This document shows, piece by piece, positions 22,321 to 35,841 of a DNA stretch of 64,000 nt. The DNA is taken from positions 620,001 through 684,000 of the forward strand of contig NW_027590150.1 of NCBI RefSeq assembly GCF_964213995.1, read 5' to 3'. Within the stretch, counting starts at the first letter, position 1, and each line of letters opens with the position of its first letter. Origin of the DNA: Mustelus asterias (Eukaryota). The position numbers were made by a program, and so were the translations under genes. Below the pieces are notes generated by a model, which saw only the letters and a program-made list of their open reading frames with translations, made no database searches and was not told the origin of the DNA.

Positions 22321-22935
22321 AATGACAGAGCGGACTGGAAGAGCTGAACAACCAACTCCAGTTCCTGTGTAGTTTCTCCCAGGCTTCTCCCACTCTCTAA
22401 CTCTGCTCCAGTGCTGGTTTCTGATGAAGTCTCTTCTCCCCAGGTCTCCCATCACTTTCCATTCATCAGCTGGTGTCTGAGTCCAAGTTTACCAGGAACA
22501 GGAGGAGGTCATTTATCCCTCAAGCCTGTTCTCTCATTCACTGAGGTCATGGCTGATCTGTGACCTAACTCCATTTACCCAGATATTGTTTTAATCCTGA
22601 CTTCCTCAGTCTGTTACAATGAGATTTAAAAAATAACTTTTGTTTACATCAGACCTTCAATGTAGGAGAGTGTCCCAAGGTGAATCTCAGAAACATCAAT
22701 TGATAAATCAGACAACTGGCACTGAGGGGATGTTAGGAGGCTGACTGAAGACTTGGTGCAGTGTAAAGGGTCAATGTTAAATTTGTAAATATTCTACCCA
22801 GTGATGTAAGATCAGATGATAAGAGTTTGCTGAGAGATGGTTCTATGCTGAGCCTTGTGCTGTACATATTTAGAAGAAGGTGCAATAAAAAGTTATATTA
22901 ACCAATAGCCTTGCCTCCAGCAGTCTTTGTCAATC

Positions 22936-25375
22936 CTGGCCAATCCCTGTGGCATAGGGACACCCACACTTGTTTGGGAGGAAGCTCCAGGATTTTGACC
23001 GAGTGACAGCGAAGGAACAGCGATATATTTTGAAGTCAAGATGGTGAGTGTTACGATCCCAGTTGATGTTATAATTGGACAGGATGATTCCAGGATGGAA
23101 CACTGGCTCAAAAGACCGCAACTTTTACTTTTTGTAGAAAACATAAAGGAACAGAATCACAGGACTGCCAATTAGCTTTTAACAAAATATTTATTAAACA
23201 CGAAGAGTTTGACGATAACAAAATACTCCTTGACTCACACTTACCTTCACAAATGTATCCAGATTTCAAGAATAACATAGATTTAAAATTCCTTATGCTA
23301 TAATGTTCTCAGTAAACACATGGTTCCTTTAAACCCACAGGTTGGCTGTGATCAGACAAGCCCCACTCTGAAACCAAGTGGCAGATGCAACTCAATCGAT
23401 CCTCTGTGGATTTCTCCTCAAATTTCCCCCCAGATGATTGTCACGAGTGTTTCCAAACTTGGCTCTCAAAAAGACACGTGTTAATATCTCCTTCCAAAGC
23501 AACTTTCTCACTTCCAGGTCTTCCAATTGTTCTTTCAAACAAGGCTTTCTCTCCACTCTTTTAGCAAGAAGCTGCCTCTAGGTTTTTAACTCTCAGAATT
23601 CCTTTGCCTTGAATTGCAACATGCTTCCAAAATTCTGCATAAACTCAGATCATCAGTCCGTAACAGAATACAATTGCTTCAAAATCTGGATTTAAGGACA
23701 TCAAACCTTCCCACTATTTCAGATATGCGGCTTCTCTTTCGCCAACCTCATCAGTTCTTTTCTTCCCAGGTCTGAGTTTAACTTCCATGAATAGTATCCT
23801 GTTCCAAAGACAATGCTGTTCCTTTTTTACTTAAATATTCCTGAAACTTCTTTTCCATTCCCGGGTTTCTCAAACGAACTGTCCTTTAATTCCTCTGGAG
23901 CTTGCTTTCGGACACATTACTCCATTGTATGGCTTTCCTGCTTCTAGTAGAGCTGAGAGCTGCTCACTCTCTCGTTTCCTCACCCCAACTGCTATAGAAC
24001 AACGAACAAAGAAAATTACAGCACAGGAACAGGCCCTTCAGCCCTCCAAGCCTGCACCGGTCATGCTGCCCGACTGAACTAAAACCCCCTCCCCTTCCGG
24101 GGACCATATCCCTCTATTCCCATCCTATTCATGTATTTGTCAAGACGCCCCTTAAAAGTCACGACCAAAGACTATAAATTCAACTAATACTACACTCAAA
24201 AAACCTTCTCACCCTCAAGGTGCCCCTGGTTGCTATGCAACAATGCATTATTTCTCCAACTTCACGTTTATTTTTCACGCCATAAACTCTCTCAGCACAA
24301 CAGGAATACAATTTCAATTGAAACCTATCCCCCACACATGCAAACACCTTTGTTCAACATGAATCCAACCAAAGTTCTCCTCTTCCTACACAGAAACACT
24401 AAATCAAACTTACTTAAATCTATACTTTATTTCTAATATTTAACAATAGAAACATAGATCACTTAAAACTATCTCTGTTTTCCTGACATGAGTGACTTAG
24501 AGAGGAAACTCCAGGTGGTGATATTCTCATGTATCTGCTGCTCTTGGCCTTCTAGATGGTAATGTTCCTGAGTCTGTAAGATGCTGCCTAAGGAGTCTTG
24601 GTGAGTCCCTGCAGTGCATTTTGTAGATGGTACACACTGTTGCTCCTGTCCGTCGGTGGTAGAGGGAGTGAATGTTTGTGGTTAGTGTGTTGATCAAGTG
24701 GGGCTGCTTTGCCCTGGGTGGTTTTGAGCTTGAGTGTTGTTGGGAGCTGCACTCATTCAGGCAAGTGGAGAGTATTCCATCTCATTCCTGACTTGTGTCT
24801 TGTAGATGGTGGACGGGCTTTGGCTGGGGGAGTCAGAAAGTGAGTTACTCTCCTCAGGGCTGCCAGTCTCTGACCTGCTCTGGTAGCCACAGTGTCTATG
24901 AGTTTCTGGTCAATGTAACCCCCGCAGGATGTTGATAATGGAAGGGGGATTCAGTGATGGTAATACCCTTGAATGTCAAGGGGTGATGGTTAGATCTTCT
25001 CCTGTTGGAGATGGTCATTGCCTCGGACTTATGTGGCATGAATGTTACTTGCCACTTGTCAGCCCAAGCCTGGATATTGTTGTATTTGGACATGGACTGT
25101 TTCAGTATCTGAGGAGTCACAAATGGTGCTGAACATTGTGTATTCATTGGCGGATATCCCCACTTCTGATCTTATGATGGAGGGAAGGTCATTGATGAAG
25201 CAGCTGAAGATGGTTGGGCCTCGGACACGACCCTGAGAGATCCCTGCATTGATGTCCTGGAGCTGAGATGACTGACCCTCCACAACCACAACCATCTTCC
25301 TAATTGCCAGTACACGTCCAACCAGCAGAGAGTTTGCCCCTTGATATCCATTGATTCCAGTTTTGCCAGGGGTCC
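22936..25375 (-). mobile_element. CR1-clade LINE 3' fragment (second family), split by a solo LTR
   Basis: QGRVRGPTIFSCFINDLPSIIRSEVG RT motif; gatggtgagtg...tgagtgacttag rejoins across 23049-24488; related tail at about 63630-63810 (+). Confidence 0.75.
23049..24488 (-). mobile_element. solo LTR (contains a CR1 tail at about 23997-24170)
   Basis: Termini TGTTA...TGACA, 4-bp TSD tgag (23045-23048, 24489-24492), minus-strand AATAAA near 23190. Confidence 0.75.
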
Positions 25376-25704
25376 ATGATCTGGGTGGCACAGTGGTTAG
25401 ACCAGTTGGCTCACAGCCCCAGGGACCGGGTTCGATTCCGACCTTGGGTGGCTGTGTCGAGTTGGCACATTCATCAGCTTTTTTTTTGTGGATCATTTCA
25501 GTGGAAATGTGCTCTCCCAGACTCAAAGAGCATCAGCCCACTGGAAACAAAGTTGTGAGACTGGCCAGTCCAGCAGAAAGAAACTCTCCGACCCTCCCAC
25601 TTCACCAATTGTCAAAATGAACATGGTTCAGTCCTGGATGTGATTAACAGCAGCAATAACAGCAGAATCCAACCCCTGTCATCACTTGTGAACTTACTGG
25701 TGTC

Positions 25705-26919
25705 TCAGCAGGTGGGATGACTGAGTGAATCCCTTTGTGAATCCTTGTGAACTCGTTGGTGTGTCTGCAGGTGGGATGACTGAATGAATCCCTTTCCACA
25801 CTCAGAGCAGATAAACGGCCTCTCTCCAGTGTGAACTTGCTGGTGACTCTGCAGATAAGATGAAAGAGCGAATCCTTTCCCACACTCAGAGCAGGTGAAT
25901 GGTCTCTCCCTGGTGTGAACACGTCGGTGTGCCTGCAGGTTAGCTGAACGAGTAAATCCCTTCCCACACTCAGAGCAGGTGAACGGCCTCTCCCCGGTGT
26001 GAACTTGCTGGTGATTCTGCAGGTCAGATAACTGAATGAATCCCCTGCCACACTCGGAACAGGTAAATGGCCTCTCCCTGGTGTGAACCTCCTGGTGTGA
26101 CACTAGGTGGGATGATTGAATAAAACGCCTCCCACACTCGGAGCAGACGAATGGCCTCTCCCTGCTGTGAACTCCCTGGTGTGACATTAGGTGTGACGAT
26201 TGGATAAAACGTTTCCCACATTCGGGGCAGCTGAATGGCCTCTCCCTTGTGTGTGTTCCTTTGTGTGTCACTAGATGTGATAACTGAATAAAACGCTTCC
26301 CACACTCGGAGCAGGGGAACGGCCTCTCCCCCCTGTGGACTCCCTGGTGAGTCACTAGGTGTGATAATTGAATAAAACACTTCCCGCACTCAGAGCAGTT
26401 GAAAGGCCTCTCCTTAGTGTGGGCTCGCTGGTGTATCTGCAGGTGAGATGACTGAGTGAAACCCTTTCCACAGTCGGAGCAGGTGAATGGTCGCTCTCCG
26501 GTGTGGATTTGTTGGTGATTCAAAAGTTCAGATGAATGATTGAATTGCTTCCCACACTCAGAGCAGTTGAATGGTTTTTCCCCAGTGTGAACTTGCTGGT
26601 GTGTCAGCAGGTGGGATAACTGAGTGAATCCCTTCCCACACTCAGAGCAGGTGTACAGCCTCTCCCTACTGTGAACTGCTTGGTGATTCCACAGGTCGGC
26701 TGCCTGGAGAAAACCCTTCCCACACTCAGAGCAGATGAAGGGCCTCTCCCCAGTGTGGCTGCATTGATGAATCTTCAGGGCAGATGGGGAGCAGTCTCCT
26801 TCCCCACACTTGGAGCAGGGGAACAGTCTCTCCCCAGTGCGAATATGTTGATGAGTTTGCAGTGCAGACGGGATATGGAATTCCTTACCACAATCCTCAT
26901 CTTTCCCCGGTTTCTCCAT
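25705..26919 (-). CDS. Z4: C2H2 zinc-finger protein, 13 intact fingers plus a degenerate first finger
   Basis: ORF open from accATGg at 26919; last finger partly deleted, giving [13 protein letters not shown]; acceptor ttttacag at 27255. Confidence 0.85.
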   Translation of the reverse strand: MEKPGKDEDCGKEFHIPSALQTHQHIRTGERLFPCSKCGEGDCSPSALKIHQCSHTGERPFICSECGKGFLQAADLWNHQAVHSRERLYTCSECGKGFTQLSHLLTHQQVHTGEKPFNCSECGKQFNHSSELLNHQQIHTGERPFTCSDCGKGFTQSSHLQIHQRAHTKERPFNCSECGKCFIQLSHLVTHQGVHRGERPFPCSECGKRFIQLSHLVTHKGTHTRERPFSCPECGKRFIQSSHLMSHQGVHSRERPFVCSECGRRFIQSSHLVSHQEVHTRERPFTCSECGRGFIQLSDLQNHQQVHTGERPFTCSECGKGFTRSANLQAHRRVHTRERPFTCSECGKGFALSSYLQSHQQVHTGERPFICSECGKGFIQSSHLQTHQRVHKDSQRDSLSHPTC

Positions 26920-28199
26920 GGTGTGGATGTCCTTGTGTCTTTCCAGGTTTAACAATCAGTTAAATCCTCATCCACACATAGAGCATGTGCACTGTCTGTC
27001 CCCGCTGTAAATGATGTGATATTTTTGCAGTCTGTGTAACTGGTCTTTTGACAGTCAGTGTACTGGACACTCTCACTCAGGCCTGTGTTTCTTGGTGCCT
27101 TTCCAGTCACACTGATGTGACAGAAAAAACAGATAAATATTTCTTCTTCTAGATTCAAAGTCTGATGATATTCAAGTTCTGATAATTTGAGTGACTCTAT
27201 TAAGCCTTAACATGTTTTGAGATTGCTGGCAGCAAATCTTCCCCTTATAACTTCCTGTAAAATGAGTTTACAAAAGTCATCACTGTCAGTATCAAACAGA
27301 AATTCAGAATAGACAATTCTAGTTTCTGTGGAACATTTCTTCCTTTCTCGTTCCTCTCGATCTGTACATCTCCATCCCACACCCTATCCCTGTCTCCTCA
27401 CTCTGCTGTATGTATAATACACCCTTCCAATTCTCCTGAAGGTGTTGATTCATGCTGATCAACAAATCCATACTCACTGCTTCTTCTCCAGCACTGAGAT
27501 ATCTTCATGCAGGCTGCCAGTCTAAATACCTAAATATACTTAGTGAAGTAAAATGTATGTAACATAGGGGACCAGTTTAATAAATAGAAGTACAGCAAGG
27601 CTATGAGATAGAACATTATTTCAACAGTGAACATTCTTGAATATCAATTGTTTGGCTATGAGGGTGGTGCATTTTGATACATTCAATATTTCAAAATGAA
27701 ATTAGATGGGCAGTCAAAATAGACTGGCAGGGGAGCAGGGATACAGACGGGATGAGGAGCATATCAGCCATGATTGAATGGCGGAGTGGACTCGATGGGC
27801 CAAATAGCCTAATTATGCTCCTATATCTTATGAACTTAAGGGGGAATGGGACTGACTGGATTGCTCTACAGAGAGTTAGCATGGACTTGAGTTGCTGAAT
27901 GGACTCCTTGTGTGATACAATAACCCGATTACTGAAAATAAACGACTTAGTTACAGTATTAACAAAACTAAAAATAATAAAAAATGAACTTTATTACTGG
28001 ACCATGCATAATATATCTAATTTGTATCATCTTACAAGACTGCACACATCTCTGTCCTATATTAATTTACTGCCCCTTAAATTTCAGCTATTTCCTCGGG
28101 AAATCACCCCTTTAAATTGTGAACATTAGGAAAGAGACCATCCTCTTAACCAGACAAATAAATGTGACAAGTTGAGGAAGCAAAGGATGGCAATGTCTT

Positions 28200-28810
28200 T
28201 AAGAGGGAGAGAGATACCTGGGCCAACCTTTCCAGAGTCTGCAGCTCCCTGAATTCACTTCCTTTCCCTTCAGTTGCTGCAAGTCCCCAATTTAACCCCA
28301 GAATGAGAAGAAAAAGGAGAGAAGAAAACAAAGAGTTTTACTGACAGATGTTGACGACAGGAAGAGATTTCAGTCCGTCTGAAATCCAATCTGCATTGTC
28401 ACAAAGCCCGCACTCTGATTGGCTGGAGGACCAGTGTCCTTCCGGTCCTCCAATTCCTCCCATTGGTCAATGCCCCTCATGAAGACAGTGGTGCAGCGGA
28501 AGTGAGTGGGAGACACTTTGACCCTGGATCGCTCGAAGTTGTTGGCCAATGGGAAACGCTATCCTCCGCACATGCGCAGAACTTCTCTGGGTTCATCATG
28601 CGCAGTCCCACCCGGCGAATAGAGCGATTTCCTCAGCGCGGGGGATTGTGGGAGCCACGGCCGCCATTACTCGGCCGGAGCCGAGTCTCCAAACACCTGG
28701 GACTGCGATGGATGGGATGGGGAGGAGGCGAAGTGACCCCATCCGGATATAATGTACATCTGGGTAGTCACTGGAATTGATAGCGAAGCCGCCTTCGCAA
28801 AATTCAGGTG
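28200..28810. promoter_or_regulatory. CpG-island promoter / exon 1 for Z4 (-) and remnant Z5 (+)
   Basis: gattggctgg, cattgg, ccaat, cggaag, catgcgca motifs; minus-strand donor cccag|gtatct near 28216; paralogous to 45590-46120. Confidence 0.7.
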
Positions 28811-28974
28811 TAAAAATTTAGACACCTGGGTGACATATTGGGGAGTGGAATAGCTCAATGTGAAACTGAACCCCAGAGTCAGCAGCGTCCTTGGGGGAGA
28901 ACTGGGGAAAAATAAGGAGGATGGTCAAAAGAATTAGGCTTACAATTGATAGGGAGGAGGCAGATGTTTAAAGT

Positions 28975-29430
28975 TTGAAATTTGATTAGATTTGATTTAT
29001 TATTGTCACATGTATTAGTAGACAGTGCGAAGTATTGTTTCTTGTACGTTTTACTGACAAAGAGAAGGAAAGAGGAGGGTGCAGAATGGAGTATGACAGT
29101 CATAGCTAGGATATAGAGAAAGATCAAATTAATGTGAGATAGTTCCACTCAAAAGTTTGATGGCCACAGAGCAGAAGCTATTCTTGATTTGGTTGTACAT
29201 GTCCTCAGACCTTTATATCTTTTTCCCGATGGAAGAAGGTGGAAGAAAGAATGTCCAGGTCTTTGATTATGCTGGCTGCTTTTCTAAGACAGTGGGAAAT
29301 GTAGACAGAGTCAATGGATACGAGGCTGGTTTACATGATGGATTAGGTCATTCATGACCCTTTGTAGTTTCTTGTGGTCTTGGACAGAGCAGGAGCAATA
29401 TCAAGTTGTGATACAACCAGAAAGAATGCT
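28975..29430 (-). mobile_element. Rex1/Babar-type LINE 3' fragment
   Basis: Reverse complement of the 40490-40920 element, with aataataaatcaaatc tail. Confidence 0.7.
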
Positions 29431-29469
29431 TTCCAGAAAGGGAGGAGAATGTTACGTGACAACCAGAAT

Positions 29470-29710
29470 ATCAGTTTCAAATTTCTATCCTGTGCTTACA
29501 TTCATTGCTTTGATAGATGTTTTTATTGACAAGGGATTAGAATGGAAGGATTTTCAGTCAGAAACATCTTGATTCATTCGGACACGACTATCATCAGTGA
29601 TCAAATGTCAGAGGAACACTGATGCCCTGTTCAAAAAGATTTCAATCATCAGTGCGAATGGAAAAGTTGTGTGATGCACATTCCCAAGAGAGAGAGAGAG
29701 ATTTCCAGGA
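29470..29710 (+). pseudogene. Z5: remnant of a subfamily A zinc-finger exon 2 (5' part only)
   Basis: aatttctatcctgtg...gacaagggattagaatggaaggattttcag...aagatttcaatcatcagtgcgaatggaaaag matches the 5' end of exon 2 of Z3/Z8. Confidence 0.65.
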
Positions 29711-29759
29711 AAAGAGACATAAGAATATATGGACAAATGAACTATGAGCAGGCCACTCA

Positions 29760-30527
29760 GGCCGTTTCAGTGCTCAGCACCGACAACTGCCAGTTTCCAG
29801 ATGCAATTTTACAACTCATCCGCTTAATCCTGGACCACAATGTCTTCACCTTCAACAACCAGTTCTTCATCCAGACACACGGAACAGCCATGGGGACCAA
29901 ATTTGCACCTCAATATGCCAACATCTTCATGCACAGGTTCAAACAAGACATCTTCACCGCACAGGACCTTCAACTGATGCTATACACTAGATACATTGAT
30001 GACATTTTCTTCCTTTGGACTCATGGTGAACAATCACTGAGACAACTATATGATGACATCAACAAGTTCCACCCCACCATCAGACTCACCATGGACTACT
30101 CTCCGGAATCGGTTGCATTCTTGGACACACACATCTCCATTAAGGACGGTCACCTCAGCACCTCACTATACCGCAAGCCCATGGATAACCTCACGATGCT
30201 CCACTTCTCCAGCTTCCACCCTAAACACGTTAAAGAAGTCACCCCCTATGGACAAGCCCTCCGTATACACAGGATCTGCTCGGATGAGGAGGATCGCAAC
30301 AGACACCTCCAGGCGCTGAAAGATGCCCTCATAAAGAACAGGATATGGCGCTCAACTCATCGATCGACAGTTCCGACGTGCCACAGCGATAAACCGCACC
30401 GACCTCCTCAGAAGACAAACACGGGACATGGTGGACAGAATACCCTTTGTCGTCCAGTACTTCCCCGGAGCGGAGAAGCTACGGCATCTCCTCTGGAGCC
30501 TTCAACATGTCATTGATGAAGACGAAG
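29760..30527 (+). mobile_element. Penelope-like element reverse transcriptase fragment
   Basis: QTHGTAMGTKFAPQYANIFM, RYIDDIFFLW, HPTIRLT, FLD, LYRKP, SSFHPKH motifs; frameshift near 30335. Confidence 0.9.
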
Positions 30528-31128
30528 GTTTGTGACAAATCCCCACATTAACATGGTCAATTCCCCATATTTCTGTGCTTGTGTCTCCAATTGGGCCCCC
30601 AGACTGCCATCATTTCCATCCACTAATGGAAATGTTCATATATTTGGCATGGTGTGACAGCCCTATGGCTGTAAAATGGTAGATCCTCTGGCTCAGTATG
30701 AGCTGTGACTTGGTGGATGGGCTATGAATGTGATATAAATACAGCCTTACAGATGATGCATTTCGTCCAAGTCAACTTGACAGTCAAATGATGAGGGCTG
30801 AATGGACTCCCCGAACTCTCTCGTTGCATATTGTTCTTATTGAATGGGATCATACCTATCCAAGCAGTGTAAAAAAAAGGAAACAACAGGAAACAAGTAG
30901 CCAGAGTAAATCTTGGTCCAGAGAAAGCTCACTTCAAAAGCAACTAACTTGTGTTAATATTAAAAACATTTGCCATATATTGTTTGACACAAAACTGATT
31001 CAGTTTAATTTTATCCAGAACATTAACACCTATTACCGAGCTGCAGTTTATGACCACCAGCAGAATAGGACCCTAATGAATGTTGTTCAGTCCTGGGTGT
31101 GATTAACAGCAAACTCTAACTCCTGCCT

Positions 31129-32403
31129 TCACTTATGAATTCGCTGATGCGTCAGCAGGTTGGATTTCCGAGTGAATCCCTTCCCACACTTGGAGCAGGT
31201 GAATGGTTTCTCCCCAGTGTGAACTCGCTGGTGTTCAATTAGTATCGACGATCGACTGAACCCAGTCCCACATTGAGAGCACATGAATGGCCTCTCGTCA
31301 GTGTGAACACGTTGGTGGGACCTCAGATCTCCAGATCGTTTGTAGCACTTCCCACAGTCTGGGCATTTGAAAGGTCTCTCCTCAGTGTGAACCCGCTGGT
31401 GAGCCATGAGTTGGGAGGACTGAGTGAATCCCTTCCCACAATTGGAGCAGGTGAACGGTCTCTCCCCAGTGTGAATTCGCTGGTGTTCAGTGAGATGGGA
31501 TGATTGCCTGAATCCAATTGCACAGTGAGAGCATCTGAACGGTTTCTTGTCAGTGTGAACATGCTGATGGGATTTCAGTTCTCCAGAACTTTTATAGTAA
31601 TTCTCACAGTCGAGGCACTTGAAAGGTCTCTCTCCAGAGTGAACCCGCTGGTGCACCATGAGTTGGGATGACCGACTAAATCCCTTCCCACACTCCGTGC
31701 AGGTGAATGGCCTTTTCCCAGTGTGAATTCGCTGGTGTACAGTGAGTTGAGATGATTGCCTGAACCCAGTCCCGCAGTGAGAGCACCTGAACGGTCTCTC
31801 CTCAGTGTGAACACGTTGGTGGTACGTCAGTTCCCAGGAACTTTTATAGCCCTTTCCACATTCTGCACAGTGAAAAGGTCTTTCCTCCGTGTGAACTTGC
31901 TGATGGCGTGTCAGTTCCCGGGAACTTTTAAAGCACTTCCCACATGCTGGACATTTAAAAGGTCTCTTGTCAGTGTGAACTCGCTGGTGTGATAGCAGGT
32001 TGCTTGTGTGAATGAATCCCTTCCCACACTGGGAGCAGGTGAATGGCCTCTCCCCGGTGTGAACTCTCTGGTGTACCAGCAGATTGGAGGACTGAGTGAA
32101 TCCCTTCCCACATTTGGAGCAGGTGAATGGTCTCTCTCCAGTGTGAACTTGCCGGTGTCTCAGCAGGTTGAACGACTGAGTGAATCCTTTCCCACACACA
32201 GAGCAGGTGAACGGCCTCTCCCCAGCATGAACTCGCTGGTGAATTTCCAGTTCAGATGGGGAATAGAATCCTTCCTCGCAGTCCCCACATTTCAACGGCT
32301 TCTCTTCAGTGTGACGGCACTTGTGGTTCGTGGGGTCAGATGATTCATACACAGAACACGCGTACAGATTCTCCCCACTGCAATCGATGCTTTTTTCTTC
32401 CAT
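31129..32403 (-). CDS. Z6: C2H2 zinc-finger protein, 14 fingers (subfamily B start MEEKS)
   Basis: Intact ORF from aacATGg at 32403; acceptor tttcacag near 32516. Confidence 0.9.
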   Translation of the reverse strand: MEEKSIDCSGENLYACSVYESSDPTNHKCRHTEEKPLKCGDCEEGFYSPSELEIHQRVHAGERPFTCSVCGKGFTQSFNLLRHRQVHTGERPFTCSKCGKGFTQSSNLLVHQRVHTGERPFTCSQCGKGFIHTSNLLSHQRVHTDKRPFKCPACGKCFKSSRELTRHQQVHTEERPFHCAECGKGYKSSWELTYHQRVHTEERPFRCSHCGTGFRQSSQLTVHQRIHTGKRPFTCTECGKGFSRSSQLMVHQRVHSGERPFKCLDCENYYKSSGELKSHQHVHTDKKPFRCSHCAIGFRQSSHLTEHQRIHTGERPFTCSNCGKGFTQSSQLMAHQRVHTEERPFKCPDCGKCYKRSGDLRSHQRVHTDERPFMCSQCGTGFSRSSILIEHQRVHTGEKPFTCSKCGKGFTRKSNLLTHQRIHK

Positions 32404-32662
32404 GTTCAAAATCCAATCATGATACAATGGTTACAATAAATTGGGCGACTCCATCAGATCCTGATGTGATGTTCGCTTTGTGTTTCCCGACTGAAAATCC
32501 TCCTCTTCTAATACCCTGTGAAATTGATTTAAATGGAAAAAAGGCAGTGAGAGAGAACCCACAGAAACACAAAGGCAGGTTGTGAAATTGAGCTGAATGA
32601 ATCTGGTCATTTGTGGGGCCGGCACTGGGAAAAAGTTACCAGGGAAACTGCCGGATTGTCAG

Positions 32663-32945
32663 TGGGCGGCACGGGGGCGCAGTGATCAGCACTGCTACCT
32701 CACAGCGCCAGGGACCCGTGTTTGATTCCCAGCTTGGGTCACTGTCTGTGTGGAGTTTGTACGCTCTCCCTGTGTCTGCGTGGGTTTCCTCCGGGTGCTC
32801 CGGTTTCCTCCCACAGTCCGAAAGACATGCTGGTTAGGTGCATTGACCCGAACAGGTGCTGGATTGTGGCAACTAGGGGAATTTCACAGCAACTTCATTG
32901 ATGTGTTAATGGAAGCCGACTTGTGACTAATAAATTTTTAACTTT
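32663..32945 (+). mobile_element. tRNA-derived SINE (alternative tail) in the Z6 intron
   Basis: Head/core/tail as 1076-1431; absent from the paralogous introns at about 34475 and 56830. Confidence 0.85.
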
Positions 32946-33214
32946 AAAAAAACCCAACTGATTCACTAATGTCCTTCAGGGAAGGAAACCTGCTCCCTGG
33001 TCAGGGGTGACACAAGACTCTGGACAATCTGGGAGAAGAGATCGAGGGGGAAGAGGCAGAGAGACAGAAGTAGGAGAGGGTGAGACAGAATTGGGCAGCA
33101 CAGGAAAAAAGGAATTTCAAATATTTCAAACTCCCACAACCTCGACCACCTCGATGGAGCAACGAAGCAGGTGTATGGGAACACCATCATCTCCAAGTTC
33201 CTTTTCAACTCACA

Positions 33215-33745
33215 CACCATCCTGACGTGTCTGACATCCAGTACTGGATGAACAGAAACTTCTTCCAATTGAATATTAAGAACCAAGCCGTTGTCTTCAG
33301 TCCTCACAACAGACTCCACTCTCTCTCCCTGGCAACTGTCTGAGGCTGAACCAGACTTCTCACAACCTCAGTGTCCTGTCTCATCCCAAACTGAGCTTCC
33401 AGCCACATATCCTCATCATCACCCAGAATGTCTATTTCCACCTCAGTAACATCGCCCGAGTCTCAAATCATCTTGTTCAGAAACTCTCATCCATTCCTTT
33501 GTTACCTCTGGACTTAACTCTCCCAGAGCACTCTTTGCTGGCCTCCCACATTCAGCCTCCCTGCAATCCTCAGGTCATCCAAAACTCTGCTGTCTGTGTA
33601 ATTATTCAAGACTTGTTCACCCATCACCCCTGTGCTCACTGACCTATAAAGGTTCCTGTTTAAGAACCACTAACATTTAAAAACTCCCGTTCTTGTTTCC
33701 AAATTTCTCCATGACTGCGACCACTCCTCTCTCTGTAATATCCTT
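33215..33745 (+). mobile_element. L2 LINE 3' fragment (paralogous copies about 34720-35230 and 57105-57250)
   Basis: SDIQYWMNRNFFQLNIK, FHLSNIAR, ETLIHSFVTS motifs typical of L2 ORF2. Confidence 0.7.
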
Positions 33746-33789
33746 CAGTCACACAATTCTCCATCATCGATGCTCGCCCCTAATTCCAG

Positions 33790-34240
33790 CCTCTCTTCAG
33801 TGTGAACATATTGATGGGATGTCAGTTCCTGGGAACTTTTATAGCACTTCCCACAGTCTGGGCAATTAAAAGGTCTCTTGTCAGTGTGAACTCGCTGTTG
33901 TGTCATGGGTAATGCCGACTGAGTGAATCGTTTCCCCACATACAGAGCAGGTGAATGGCCTCTCCCCCGAGTGAACCTGCTGGTGTTTCAACAGGTTGTT
34001 TGACTTATTGAATCACAACCCACACTCAGAGCCGGCTCACGGCCTCTCCCTTGTGTGACTGCGTCACTGAGTCTCCAGTTTAGACGGTAACTGAAGGCCT
34101 TCTCACAGTCCTCATGTTTCCACAGTTCTCCCCGGTGTGATAGTGTCTCGACAGGTTAGACGATTGGTTGAAGCCTCATCCACACATAGAACATGTGTAC
34201 GGTTTTCCCCCCACTGTGAACAGTGCTTTTTCCTTCAATG
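33790..34240 (-). pseudogene. Z7: subfamily B zinc-finger pseudogene
   Basis: Start reads ATT instead of ATG; decayed fingers; 3' truncated; upstream region 34335-35230 duplicates 32520-33740. Confidence 0.82.
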
Positions 34241-35463
34241 TTCAAAATCCCATAATTTGGACACTCCATCAGATCCTGATGTGAATGTTTGGTTTGAGTT
34301 TCCTGACTACATATCCTCCTCTTTCAATACCTCATGAAATTAATTTAAAACAGAGAAAAGGGAGTGAGAGAGTGCCCACAAAAACACAAAGGCAGGTTAT
34401 GAAATTGAGCTGAATGAATCTGGTAATCTGTGGGGTCGACACTAGGAAAAAGTGATCATGGAAGCTCCTGGATTGTCATAAAAACCCAACTGGTTCACTA
34501 ATGTCCTTTAGGGAAGGGGACTTACCACCCAGTCTGGGCCTACACAAGACTCTGGCCTCTACGGGAGGGGAGAGAGGTGAAAGACGCAGGGGCAAAGGAG
34601 GTGATTTTCTATTTTGAATTCTAGAACTTTGACAAAATTCTCCAAACCTTCAACTTCCACACCAAGGAGGACCAGTTGCATTCGAACACCATAATCTCCA
34701 AATTCCCCTCCAACTCGCACACTGTCCTGCCCTGTCCGATACCCAGTACTGAATGAACAGCAATGTGCTCCATTTAACTACTGGGAAGAAGAAAACCATT
34801 GTTTCTCTTCAGTCCCCGCTACAAACTCCACTCCCAAACTACTGACTCCATCCTTCTCCCTGACAACTGTCTGAGACTGAACCGGACTGTTCCCAGCTTC
34901 AACAACAGCTTTCATTCGAAACTGAGCTCCTGACCTCATATCTGAATAATCACCAAGACTGCCAATTTCCATCTCAGTAACATCATCTGACTCTGTCCTT
35001 GATTTTGCTCATCTGCAGCTGGAACTCTCATCCATTTCTTCAATAACTCCAGACTTAACTATCCGAATGCATTTCCAGCCTCCTACATTCAATCTCCCTG
35101 AAGTCTTTAAGACTTCTCATCCAAATCTCTGCTGGCCGTGTGCTTACTCACACCAAGTCTTGTTCATCATCACCCCTGAGCTCACTGACCTGCAAAGGCA
35201 CTTAATGTACAACACTTCTTTGAAATGCCCTGGGAAAGTCTATGACATGGAAGACATATAAATACAGATTGTTATTATTGACATGTATCATCGTTCCTTC
35301 ATCATCACTGGGTGAATAACCTGTAACTCTTACCTAACGCATTGTGGGAGCATCTTCACCACATGGACTGCAAAGTTCAAGAAAGTCAAAGATCATCTTG
35401 CCCACAGATACCTGGGGATGGGGAATGTTTGCTGCTGGTCTTGTTAGTGAAAGGACACAGTCT

Positions 35464-35755
35464 ATTTATCTATTAGCATCATAAGTAGGCTTACATTCAC
35501 ATTGCAATGAAGTTACTGTGAAAACCCCATAGTCGCCACACTCCGGCGCCTGCTCGGGTACACTGAGGGAGAATTTAGCATGGCCAATGTACCTAACCAG
35601 CACGTCTTTCGGACTCTGGGAGGAAACCAGAGCAGCCAGAGGGAACTCACGCAGACACAGAGAGAACGTGCAAACTCCACACAGACTCCACAAGGCTGGG
35701 AATCGAATCCGTGTCCCTGGCGCTGTGAGGCAGCAGTGCTAACCACCGTGCCACC
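35464..35755 (-). mobile_element. tRNA-derived SINE (alternative tail)
   Basis: Reverse-complement head/core/tail. Confidence 0.85.
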
Positions 35756-35841
35756 TTAATTTTCACATCAAAGCAAAAACTGACTTAACTATTTGGGACT
35801 TTCAAAGGTGGTGATTTTAACCAACATCCCCCACGGTGGTG

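Noticed and set aside
22410-22450. CTGATGA as another hammerhead
   Set aside because: No stem II followed by GAAA.
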